In this document: in pieces, positions 53,211-64,000 of the stretch
Numbering within the stretch: the stretch's first letter is position 1
Layout of the letters: each line of letters begins with the position of its first letter
Assembly (NCBI RefSeq): GCF_036321535.1
Contig: NC_087436.1
Span: 30,320,001 to 30,384,000 of the forward strand
Origin: Camelus dromedarius
Lineage: Eukaryota
Length of the DNA: 64,000 nt
Reading direction: 5' to 3'
The notes under the pieces: generated by a model
What the model was told of the DNA's origin: nothing
What the model saw: only the letters and a program-made list of their open reading frames with translations
The model's database searches: none
Translations under genes and position numbers: made by a program

Positions 53211-54139
53211 ATTTCCTTTGGAACTCTTTCAAAAGTGTATTTCAAATTAAAATGCATGTAGTTTTGTTTCGAGACTGTTTTACAAGGCTATTTCCTCAAT
53301 TTTCTTTTGATGAATATATTTTTCCCCAGGAAATGATTAAAAACCTGCTTCAATTTAACATATTACTTGAAAATATAGTAAATATTTTCGCCACACATTA
53401 GAATTATTCTCTGATGGAGGAAATAATGATAATTTATTTAAACTGAAAAGATGTAAGACACACTTCTCCAAACAGTAAAAGAAAACAAAAAAAGTTAACA
53501 AATTCTATGATTTTCACACAGATCAAGATTAATTAATAGAAATCTAAAGAAGTAGCACAACTCTAGTTGTTTTCACTGAATTGAACTATTCTTTTACATG
53601 TTATATCACTGAGTTGGATTGCATTGGAAAGTTATATTCATCTATAATGTGGATCAATGTGTGTCAATTGAAATAAACATCTGTATTCCTACATGATTTT
53701 TCATACCTATTAGTGAATTTATTTAACATATTTTGGAAGTAAGCATTTACCATTCTATGATATATTGACTGCTAGTGCTATTAAGAGAATATGTGACTTG
53801 AGGACATTAGTTTTTCAATTGGACATTAGGACTCTATCTGTTTCTGTTTGAGATGACAGTAGAAACAAAAATATCATTGCCTTCTGAGGCCTTTGCAGAC
53901 TTGGATCTGTGAAGATCTAAGAGAATTTAGCATTTAAAAAATCTTACAGAAGTTGATATTGCATTATTCACTTCATTGGAAGTAGTCACTGCTGTGTATT
54001 TTGTTGTGTTTTCCAAAAATATGGCATTAAGCTCTAATCTGAACACTGTATGTTGGAGCATAATTTTGATACCTATTTCTGTGTTGAAAATACATTGTGA
54101 AATGTCAAGTAAATTTAAGGAATAGTCTTAAAGAGCTAA

Positions 54140-54300
54140 AACAGTGTTTCTCAAAACTAATCTTCAGATCTCTTGCACAAATTTGCCTAAAGATTTTTAA
54201 GTCTTTCCCAATACACACTAAAACAGAATCTCTGGGTCTGCAATTGAATCACCTACAATTTAAAACTATTCTAAGTGTATACAAACATTCATTTTAGAAA
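54140..54300. mobile_element. MER5-like hAT MITE
   Basis: cagtgtttctcaaa...actaaaacagaatctctggg...aatc...attttagaaa. Confidence 0.55.
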
Positions 54301-54329
54301 TATAGATGCAAATTGCATCATGCTACTTA

Positions 54330-56770
54330 TATCCTAACTTTTTTGGGGTTACCCTAGAAGCAGAGACATGTATATGCTGGTACATCATTTGGTAGGGAAT
54401 GCCAATAAGCAAAAGTGAAGGAGATGGGAAAATAAGACTTGAAAAGTGGACAGGTAGAGTGATTTATCAAGGTCATGTCTCTGGACAAAAGATGCTCATG
54501 TGCATTTATGAGAAGCATACAAAATGCCTCTCAAAGAGTCCTCAGAGTCCAAAGAGTAGCTGGGCATTTATAAACCTCCATTCTTTCTTCCACTAGTTGA
54601 AGGCTGCCTGCTATGAGACCTAAGTCTCCCACACTTCTGGGAAACATTTTTATGCAGGCCAAGTGAGTTTCACATTTTGAGAGCAGGCCAAGGGGGAAAG
54701 TACAAAAAGATACATGGCACAGACTTGAGGAGGAAACTATTTGCATGAATCTGAGTTTGCAAACAAAAACAAAAAACTGACCATCACAGCTGTGCTGAGC
54801 CTAGAAATGTAAGCAGGACACCAAATACTCTGCCTATAACAGGCTTTGTTCTTCCATGATTGAGATCCATTCATGCCATATGTAAAGTCCCCTGTGTCAT
54901 AAGGTTTCAAAACGGCTTCTGTCCAACAATTTCTACAAAAACTAACACAAAGGAGAACTAGTGGAAAAGCTAGTCTCTGCTGCTTCGAGGCAACGTCATC
55001 ATTTCCCTGGTAAGAGAGAGGCCATAGTGATGAGTCCACACAAAGTATATTACTACGACCAATGCACCACTTCTGGGCACATTATGCAAGTATGAGGTGG
55101 TCAAGTACAGAACAAGAGGAAGTCATCTTGTTCTGCACGTTTGTTGAGTATTATCTCTGTAGTAGGGAGCCTTCTGGTTTGTGACCATTAATGTAACCAC
55201 AAAACCAAACAGTGCACCTACTCCTATAGCTCCAGCCACCGTTTATCCCCAAATCTCTTTTATGCCAACCTTTCAATGTTGCTTCTTCGTGATCCTGAAA
55301 TAACCAGGTGGATCACTCCTCACTGCTCAGGAATTCTTATATACTCTCACCTCACAATTTCTCCTACTCCACACAGACTTGACTACCATCTGTAATACAC
55401 CATCAAACTGAGAAAATTTCCACTCAATATCTAGAGCTACCACTTGAATGGAATTATTGTATAGCAGGAATATATTTTCAGATATGTTCCAAAATACTGA
55501 GACACCCCTTTGTAAATAAGGCCTGAGTATTTTTCTTCTCCATCAACTAATCATGAAGAATGCTCACGAGGCCATAAGAGAAACTTGAGTAAGACAAAAA
55601 GATACAAAATACTAGTCATCATAAGAATTTGAGCCACCAGTATGCATAACATACTTGTATGATCTGGATCTGCTCAGGTTCACTCCTAGAGGTAGGATTT
55701 GCATTATATCATGGACAGCTGCTGTGCTTGCTTAAACTTGTGATGTGGTAGATCGTACAACACCCAGCTTTTGAAGGGGAGCAGTTTGTATCATATAGTC
55801 ATTTAATGTCTTATACTTACCCTCTTAGCTTTTACCACAGCCCAGCAGTGTGTTAGGAACAGGTTTCAAAAGGTGAATAATTCTCTTTGGAAAAAGGAAT
55901 GCCCGAGGGGTCTGGCTATGAATCTCCTTTTAAGGTTTAGACATACCAGAGACATACATCTTTCTTATCTATCTCAAGTACCTCTAGTACTTTTGGATCT
56001 AGATTAAATGGCTAGAATGGTAGACTATCGCACAGTATCACCTTGATGCAGTTCCAAACCCTCTCTGGATTTAATTTCAAATTGACATGACAGGATAATT
56101 ACATCTACTTGCCTCTGCTGCTTCAGTACAGCAATCTGACCCCTAGCATTCTAGAGTCTTACCGTTACCACTGATACTAGGATGCCTTGCCTAGTTCTAT
56201 GAAGCAACTCGTATTGTCAATCCTGGCCTCTGCCGACTGCTCACATGCTGCTGGCGCACATTTCCTGCTGCTGTTATTATTGTTTTGCTGAAAAGTGTGT
56301 CCACCTGGCGCTCTTGGAGAACATTGTCAAGTAACATTTTTTTCTCACTTAAAATAATAAATTTAATCAAACATTTTAATCTCCTTAAGTCTTTTGATAC
56401 CTCCCATAGTACTCTTTAAAAGTACTTGTGGGTTTTCAGTCTTAGTTATTGTAGGCCATTATAGTGCATACATTTCAAGGACAGAGCCATCCCTGCAGTG
56501 TATTAAGACTGATGAATCCTGAGTAATGGATGAGTGCTCCCACGGCGATACACCCCATCCTGTCCTGCATATTTCACCCCTTCCAACTCAACATGCTCAA
56601 GAGCCATACCCACAACTGCCCCATTTCCTTCAGCCACGGTTTAACGCAGTCCTTTCACTGAGCAAGCTTTTTCCTCTCATAGCAGAAACTCTATTTCCCT
56701 GTTTAGTCCACTTAAGACTTTATCAGAGTTATTGTTCTAAAGCAGAGGCACTGGTAACTCTTGAGTAGTA
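54330..56770 (-). mobile_element. ERVL proviral remnant: LTR33-like LTR (~54330-54830) plus degenerate internal pol
   Basis: LTR motif gggttaccctagaagcagagac. Internal gctgctgtgcttgc..aacttgtgatgtggtagatc..acaacacccagct...catatagtcatttaatgtc...tcaaaaggtgaataatt resembles reverse ERVL pol. Confidence 0.6.
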
Positions 56771-57492
56771 AAGCATCATTTTGTAAAAGATCCAGCTCAA
56801 TGAAGTCCCCAGCTAAAGACTCTGAGTCCTTTTCTTCCTAGAGCCCTTACTGTAGCATAAGGATAACTGTCAAACTGAAAAAATTAGTCCCACTGGAGCT
56901 ATTACATGCATATAATTACAACTGTGTTGAATATACAGGCTCATTGTAAAATATGTAAATAAATATAAAATGAAGACTATAATAGTTACATACACATATA
57001 CATGTACACACAGAAACACACAATTCCAATTCTAGATAACTTTTAAACTAGTTCATCATGAATAGGAATAGCAGCAGTAGAAGTGGCCAGATACTGCCTT
57101 GTGCTACATTATTAAAATGTCTTGTTACCCACTTAGAATGTTGAAGAAAATGGTTTTTTTCTGTTCAGTTTTAAAAATTATGATTTAGATCTTAGCAGCA
57201 CAAATGAACTGCCCAAATTCATCCAGATACAAAGTTCCAAACTTGGCTTCATATTGAGGTTCTTAGAAAGATAGGGTGTTTGCATTTTCTTCTATATTAA
57301 GTTCCAAAATTTAAAAAAGAAATTTGATATTTTTAACAGTTTAATTATTGGAAATAATGTCAAGAATTATAAAGAATAAATGAACAAAATTATGTCTTTG
57401 TTCTAATATCCAAACCTATTGATGAGTATGGGTATAAATATATATTACATGTTTGAACCAATTATCAGATCATAATTTCTAATGCATTCTTT

Positions 57493-58750
57493 TAGTGGGG
57501 TGCCCATGAATATGTACCACTGAGATCTTGGGCTGTGGGGAGTATAACTGGCTGACAGCCTTCATGAATCTACCATCACATGTGTGCTGAAGTCATGTTT
57601 TTCCAGAGTCCTCCCAGGTAATGACTGAGTGCAGCAAGTGTTCATATACAGGCTTACTTCTGTAAGATACAGGAGACCTCAACTTAGTGACTTTGGCTCA
57701 AGGTCTCACAATCAACATGAATGAAACTTTTTTGGAATCGTGCTTCAGGTTGTTACTCTATCCCCCATCTGCAATGACATCACAGGGATCATACCCTCTT
57801 TGAATCTGAAGACTCCCTATCTTCCCTGGGTACCAACGCCTTTTCCTTTACAGGCATTTCTCTGTCTACTCCTGTCTCAGCATCTGCTTCTCTAAACTAA
57901 CGTAAGTGCAGCAAGAGAACAGGATGTAAGACGGGTTTGAGGACTGGTTCACTCATGCCTAACAAGCAAAGAGGATGCTATTTTAAGTAGTATGTGAGAT
58001 ACACGTAGTCTTTGGGACAAGGTGGTGATCCAATTCCTGGTGATTTCACCAATGCTACCTGGGGAAATATCCTAGGAAGTTATCCTTGCTGTTGAAATGA
58101 TCTGGACATTTGAAAGATATGGGGGCAGCAAAGCCTTTCATAAAGCTGTCAGAGTTAGCTGTTTACTGCAAAGTTATACTGATAGTCTGGAGAGGGATGA
58201 TTAAAAACTTAAGGCAAATAAAGGATAAGTGCAAGAAACAGAGGGTCTCTTTCACAGCTAACAAACAATCTCCTGTCTCCTACAGTGGGAAAGCAGAAAC
58301 AGCAGACCAAAGATATGACAGTTATAGTTACAGAGCTCCAAAGATGTTTAAATTCTCAAGCAAGGAATGTCTTTTATGCTAAGATGGCAGCCCTGGTTGA
58401 TAAAAATCTGTGATTAAAATACACATTTATGTAATCAAGAAGGCTATTTCTAAGGATGCTGGTTCTGCAGAGCTCTGTGAATTCTCAGAAGGCAGAGATG
58501 TCCCATACCTCTTACTAAGAGCTAGAACTTCCACTCTACCAGCACATACTGCTAGTAGTCAAAGGATTACACTGGGTATGGATTTTGAAGGTGTTCATCA
58601 ACAAAGCAAAAAATAACTCTGGGTAAGCAAGATTTATTTTTCATGTGGGTGCACATTTTGGAGACATGATAATAGCACCTTGAGAAAGATTCCAGGGGGA
58701 TAGGGCAAATTGACTGTGATGGTGACTCTTAGGAGCCTAGAGAAAGTGTT
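57493..58750 (+). mobile_element. ERVL remnant: LTR16B-like 5' LTR (~57493-57903) plus leader/gag-like internal sequence
   Basis: gggagtataactgg...ctcccag.taatgactgag...gactttggctcaagg...aaactttt..ggaa...ggcatttctc...gcatctgcttct, followed by gtaagacgggtttgaggactggttcactca. Confidence 0.65.
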
Positions 58751-60329
58751 AACTAATCCTTGTTTCATCTCATATTAGAAAATTACATAATCTACTTCTG
58801 GTTCATCCATACCTTTGGAAACATTTTAGAAAATTGCTAAAATCTTAGGGAAACACAGTACACTTAAGTTTAATTTCTGAATGTATGATTACACACCTGT
58901 TTCTGACTTGTTTATTTTTTAATTAATTGATTTGTTAGAACAAGGGTTACTTTAGTATCAAATAAATAGGGAAATTACATAATCTAAAGCCCTTCTGCTA
59001 TGTTTATTTTAATAAAAATCAACATTTGTATCTAGCAATCATATTCTATTCATGTGTTTAATTTTACATATTACACTACTGCATTATAAATATTTTACTT
59101 GTCAGTTATGATTTTTAAAATTTTTATAAGACTTTATCATTCCCACATGAATATTTGACTCACTCCAAAATTCAAACTAATTATATTCCTCTGTTCATAC
59201 AATGCCCGTCTCATGCAGTTATTCGTACTGTCATGTTTCCCTGTTTCTATTCCTACATTTTCTCAAAATATAAAAAATATTGGCTTATAAAGCACACCTT
59301 AGCACACCCGTTCAGATTTTCTCTCTGATTCTTTTCAAGATATGAAAAAGTTGAAGATAAACAAAAAACCTATAGGCAGCATTAACTTTTATGCTGAATC
59401 AGAATCATACACTATTGTGAACTAGTTTTTTTCTACTTAAAATGATTACTGGCAGCAGAGTTTGTATCAGCTTTCAATATAATTTCAACTCACTCATTTG
59501 ATACAGACAGTTAATACTATTAGTGGGCAGTATCCAAGGAGCTCTCTAGTTAAAATCACCTCAGTAATATGATGAAAACTCAGCAGTCAATTAAGAGCAA
59601 ATTTTCACTTTATGAAAAAAATTGGAATAAATTATTGTGAACAGACAATCAGAATATAAAAGATTTGTGATAAAACAGAACTAGTCTCTAAGAATCAAAT
59701 TGAATACATTCATTTGCATTTATTTGGCCTGCCTCATGAAGATCTCTCCAAGATATTTATGATAAGAAAAATCAAATTTTTCCAAAGTTTTTCCTAATTA
59801 AAAAAGGAGCAATGAAAAGCTATAAAGCCTCCATAAATCAGTCAATAATCTCTTACTTGTGGTTAGGGAAGTATGGAAGTTTCAAGTATGTACTTTAGTT
59901 TTTTTCTCCTTTGATTGTTAATCCAATTATTTACATGTGTATATTTTTATATTTAAAATTGATTTAGCAACTTTATTAACAACTGTCTATTATGTTCGTC
60001 AAAATCTTAATACTCCTTAAGTACTACTTTTATCCTCTCAAGGTTGTCATATCAGAAGTTGTAATCTAATAAATTGTCAATATTTATACTATTTGACAAT
60101 ATTAATATCACTCACTGTTAAACCAAGTAATCAACTTGGTTTTAACTTCTGATTAATTATGCATACTCAACATATACACACATACATGCATTTGTATATG
60201 TATGTGTACATATATGTGTGTATGTATATGTATAGTTATTACGGCTATTTGTATGATTGTTATTCCTCTTTAACATCAACACAATTCTGAGTTTTCTTTT
60301 CAATGGCTTTTTTGTGGTTCTTTATTCCC

Positions 60330-60740
60330 TTATTTCTCTGGGAACTGGGTAGGCCTCTTCTATCTGAGTGACATGGGAAGCCCTGGATTTTTTTTTTTTT
60401 AAGATTCTCTTCCCTGTTTTCACTAATTTGGGGGAAGGAATTCCTATTAGTGGAATATTGGAACTTCTTGACCGAACTTTAAATATCCTATTTTTCTTCA
60501 CCTACTTTGTTCATTATCTTTCTCATTAGTTTTAAATTTAAGAATATTTCCTCAATTTCATCTTCCAACTTTCCTACTATTTTTTTCTGATTATGATACT
60601 TCTAATTTCCAAGAGATTATTATTGATTTATAATTGTTTCTTTTCAAATACTTATTTTTTCACAACTGAAGTATTTGCTATCTCTGAGGATTTCATTCAC
60701 ACTACTTAAATATTTTCTTCCTAATCCCTACCCCACATTT
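60330..60740 (-). mobile_element. Ancient L1ME ORF1/5' region, antisense
   Basis: ggaattcctattagtggaatattggaacttcttgac...atttcctcaatttcatcttccaac...taatttccaagag. Confidence 0.55.
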
Positions 60741-61888
60741 GTTTTTCACAGGTAAAATATTAAAATGAGATGTGTCCTCGTCTCCCTTTTAAGTGATGTT
60801 TGAAGAAAGGAAAATAGATTACTAAAAGAGAAAATAGATTACCATTAAAGTATATCAAGGTAAGTCACCATAAACTATTTAGAAAGTTCACCAACACCAG
60901 AATGAAACAGAAATTGCAAAGAGGATTCATTTGCAGAGCATTTGACTGTAAACCTCTCTCCCAGAAGAGGTAAGCAGGTGTTGGGAAGATGCCACATTTC
61001 AGTCACAAGCTAAGGGAGTCAAATGTGTTTCCTTTCAGGTAGATGCACTTTGGACCAATATCTGACTCGTGGCTGTGACAGAAGAGTGGAGTGTTGCCTC
61101 TGGGAGGGCCATTGATTGGCTGACTTCATGAATTAATGCATGACTGAACGAAGCAACAACCATGTACTGCACATTAGCAATATGCTACATACACATCTAC
61201 AATTTTCAATTAATTTCTTATTTGATCCTCACAATATAAATACAGGTCTTTACCACAGTAAAATATCTAAAATTCACAGGAAAATTTAAAACAGCAACAT
61301 TGACAAAAATAAACCTGAGAATTACTAAATTGTAAGATCATGCAAAGATCTTTCACTAACTTCAATTTAGTTGTGACTGCGGAAGCAGCATCCATCTGTG
61401 GCTGCTTCATCCATACCCATATTCAAGCTGGGCAGGTGGAAGTTCCTTGTTTGCCATATACTTTCAGCAGCATGCCCTTGATGCTGTATTTTAAAACATT
61501 CAGGGCTTATTCTACTCCCTCAAGCAAATTTTCTATCACTACTGTTTTTATGACATAAAAGATTGTACCCTTCAGAAAACAGAAAATGAGTGGGAACTGA
61601 GGGGAGGTATGGGGCACATCCTGTACTGTAAATTCCACACATGTGAAGTGAAAAGCTAAGTAAAGACAGGAAGAGAAAAGATATTATGGCATATTATAGA
61701 TTGCAGGTTTGTTTTGTTTTGTCTTTTTAACGTTAAAAAATTGGTAACCTTGAAAAATTTTTTAAATTAGAAAATTGTCATTTTCAATGTTCATATCAAT
61801 ATACACTGTAATTTGATTTATGAAGATTTCTTGAAGAAACGGAATCCTAAAGGGTAGTAAGCACATAGTTTATCAGAAGTGATAGTTT

Positions 61889-62035
61889 TCTTTTCCAGTT
61901 GTATAGAGATATAATTAATATATGGCAGTAAGTTTAAGGTGTACAGCATAATGACTTGACTTACATATACCATATATAATTACCACCATAAGTTTAGTGA
62001 ACACCCATCATCTCATATAGATTACAGTATTTTTT
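61889..62035 (-). mobile_element. L1MA9-like 3' terminus
   Basis: gagatataatt...gtaagtttaaggtgtacagcataatgacttgacttacata...taagtttagtgaacacccatcatctcatatagattac. Confidence 0.75.
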
Positions 62036-62489
62036 AACAAGGCACAGAGATTCAATGTCACAGAGTCTAGAATAGGAGTTATATAGAGAATCTTTGGCCA
62101 GGAGAGCCACTCCCAATGGTGGGCTATAAAGTTGAAAATAATTTATCATAAATGTAACTGTAGATTTTTTTGAGTGAGCACAACTAGAACCTATCTTAAC
62201 GCAATCATCAGCTTTTTTTTCCTCAGATGAAGTATTAAAATACGAATTAATAAGGAGGTGAAAACTATTGAGAAAAGGTAACCACGGCCTGAATTTCTGA
62301 AATACTTTTACATCAGGAGAAAGATAAAAAATAAAACTTTGACTGAGGCAGAGGACACTGCAAAATGGTAGGAAGAACATTATGATGTTCTGTAAACCAA
62401 AGCTGAAAATGTTAAGAAGTAACAGTTAGCAGTTGTCAAATAAAATTATAAAGTTTAAGAGAGTATTTAACAAATTTTTACGTTTTCAG

Positions 62490-62929
62490 TGAGAAACTGC
62501 TGGCTGGCAGCCAGTCCAATCTGCAGAGGGACCTTCATGACTATGACATTTTGAGAGCAGAAAAGACTGTCGACGCCCGACTTGTTCCAGGAAAGAGTTT
62601 GCCAGGGAAAACTCTATGTCTCTAATACTGAACAATTTTTGCTCTTCTGAAATGACCCCAAACTGTTAACTTGCCCCCTTGCAGTCAACCAAGGGCTGCC
62701 AAACGTACCAGAAGACCAATGGGAGTGTCTCCCGGCTTTCAAAAATCCCACCTTCACAGAACGTTTGCCAGTCAAAGACTCTTTCTCAGTTTTACTCTTT
62801 TTTCTCTGCTTTGTAACTCCTCTGAACCCCTGCTGAAATGTAAGTGATGGCAGATGGATTCCCTTGTGGCAACTTTATGAATAAACAGCCTTTGTATATG
62901 TTGTAGCAGACTCAGTTTTGTCTTTGACA
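62490..62929 (+). mobile_element. Solo ERV1 LTR (MER34/MER89/MER110-group-like)
   Basis: TG...CA termini (tgagaaac...ctttgaca). CCAAT at ~62717. AATAAA at ~62880. Near-TSD tcag/tcaa. Confidence 0.7.
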
Positions 62930-64000
62930 TCAATAAAGGGACCTATAAATTTAAGCGAGGAATAAATTTAAATATGAAATAACTAAACTCACAAATGCCA
63001 AATCAACACAGTAGTAGTCTTTAACATTTTTATAGCTTGCTATAATTAACAGTCTTCACCTAGATTGTTTAAACTTCAATACAACCCAGAGAGAGAGTCA
63101 TTCATTGTAAAGAATATTGGAAATAGATTTTATATTTTTATTTCTATTTCCCCCAATTTAGTAAGTGTGGGCTAGAACTTGAACTCAGGTCCTCTGTTAC
63201 AAGATCCCTTTTCCTTAACAATTTTAACACATCACTTTTATTGTATTACAATGGTAAAATGAAAATACTGTTATTCAACTATAGGAATGTTCAGAGTAAG
63301 AATTATAACATGATTTGGCTTCTTGAAGGAATTTAGCTTGGGCTGGGGATTTTTAAAAAGTGGTATTAATGGATTGGGAAAAATAGAAGAAAGAAATATC
63401 ATTAGAATAATAAAATTTAAGAACTATACTAAAACTCAAATATGGTTTGCAAACTAATTTTTCAGTTTTAAACTTGGAAAATACATAAAATGTTCCAAAT
63501 ATTCTATTTAACCAATAAATTAAAAGATCATAAAATGATCAATTGTTACATTTAAATTTGGAGAGGGTTTAAGAGGGAATGACAAGTGACATTTACATGA
63601 TTTTTATATAAAATGTTTATGACACCCTTGGACAGGAAAATCTGTCTTTTAATCTGCACAGGGCAAGGCATGTCTCATATTTGATATGTTTACTCTTTTT
63701 TTTGGGTAAAACGTCTCACAAAATTCTAACCCTCTTCGTTTCTGACCAATAAAATATTGGAATGAGAAATCAAAATACATAAATATTTAAGAATTTCAGG
63801 AAAACATTTGAACTTTATGCTAAACATACATTAATCAGAACAAGGAATTTATCTACTGAAATTTATTATCAAAGTCATTGATATCTTAATTTTAGTGGTA
63901 TAAATAAAAGAAAAAGGTCTTTTTTTAAAATCCCTTTCATAGTAACCTCCTTTCCTAAAAGTTTTATTAATGTTAAAAGTTTCCCTTTTACTACTTTCTT

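Noticed and set aside
1054..62380. Short ORFs in the supplied six-frame track as host genes
   Set aside because: All are under 130 aa with no recognisable domains, and many lie inside repeats. Only 26840-27025 (L1 ORF2) and 33204-33401 (ERV pol) are meaningful, and both are transposon remnants.
1..64000. Prokaryote-style systems (CRISPR, operons, defence islands), or a CpG-island promoter
   Set aside because: The sequence is mammalian repeat-rich DNA with no repeat-spacer array, no long ORFs and no CpG island.

Overview
AT-rich, CpG-poor mammalian genomic DNA, most likely from a camelid (alpaca/llama/camel). The taxon call rests on a tRNA-derived SINE with the camelid-type body and tail at ~3.9 kb and a well-preserved L1 3' end at ~26.7 kb. 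The window is intronic or intergenic. I recognise no host protein-coding exon, and apart from the L1 ORF2 and ERV pol remnants the ORF track looks like noise. Much of the sequence is interspersed repeat: many L1 fragments, L2, MIR, hAT and Tigger DNA transposons, MaLR/ERVL LTRs, two ERVL proviral remnants, four solo LTRs with readable target-site duplications (TSDs), and microsatellites. The observations most worth following up are (i) a candidate 6-nt neural-type microexon on the minus strand at 43379-43384, (ii) a poly(A)-tailed, TSD-flanked retrocopy of an LTR R-like segment at 45009-45177, (iii) an LTR-less ERV1 pol piece replacing the middle of an L1, (iv) a short interstitial telomeric array and (v) a microhomology-templated breakpoint scar. 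I found no clear new multi-gene system. Repeat subfamily names come from remembered consensus sequences, not from a search, and boundaries of old elements are approximate.
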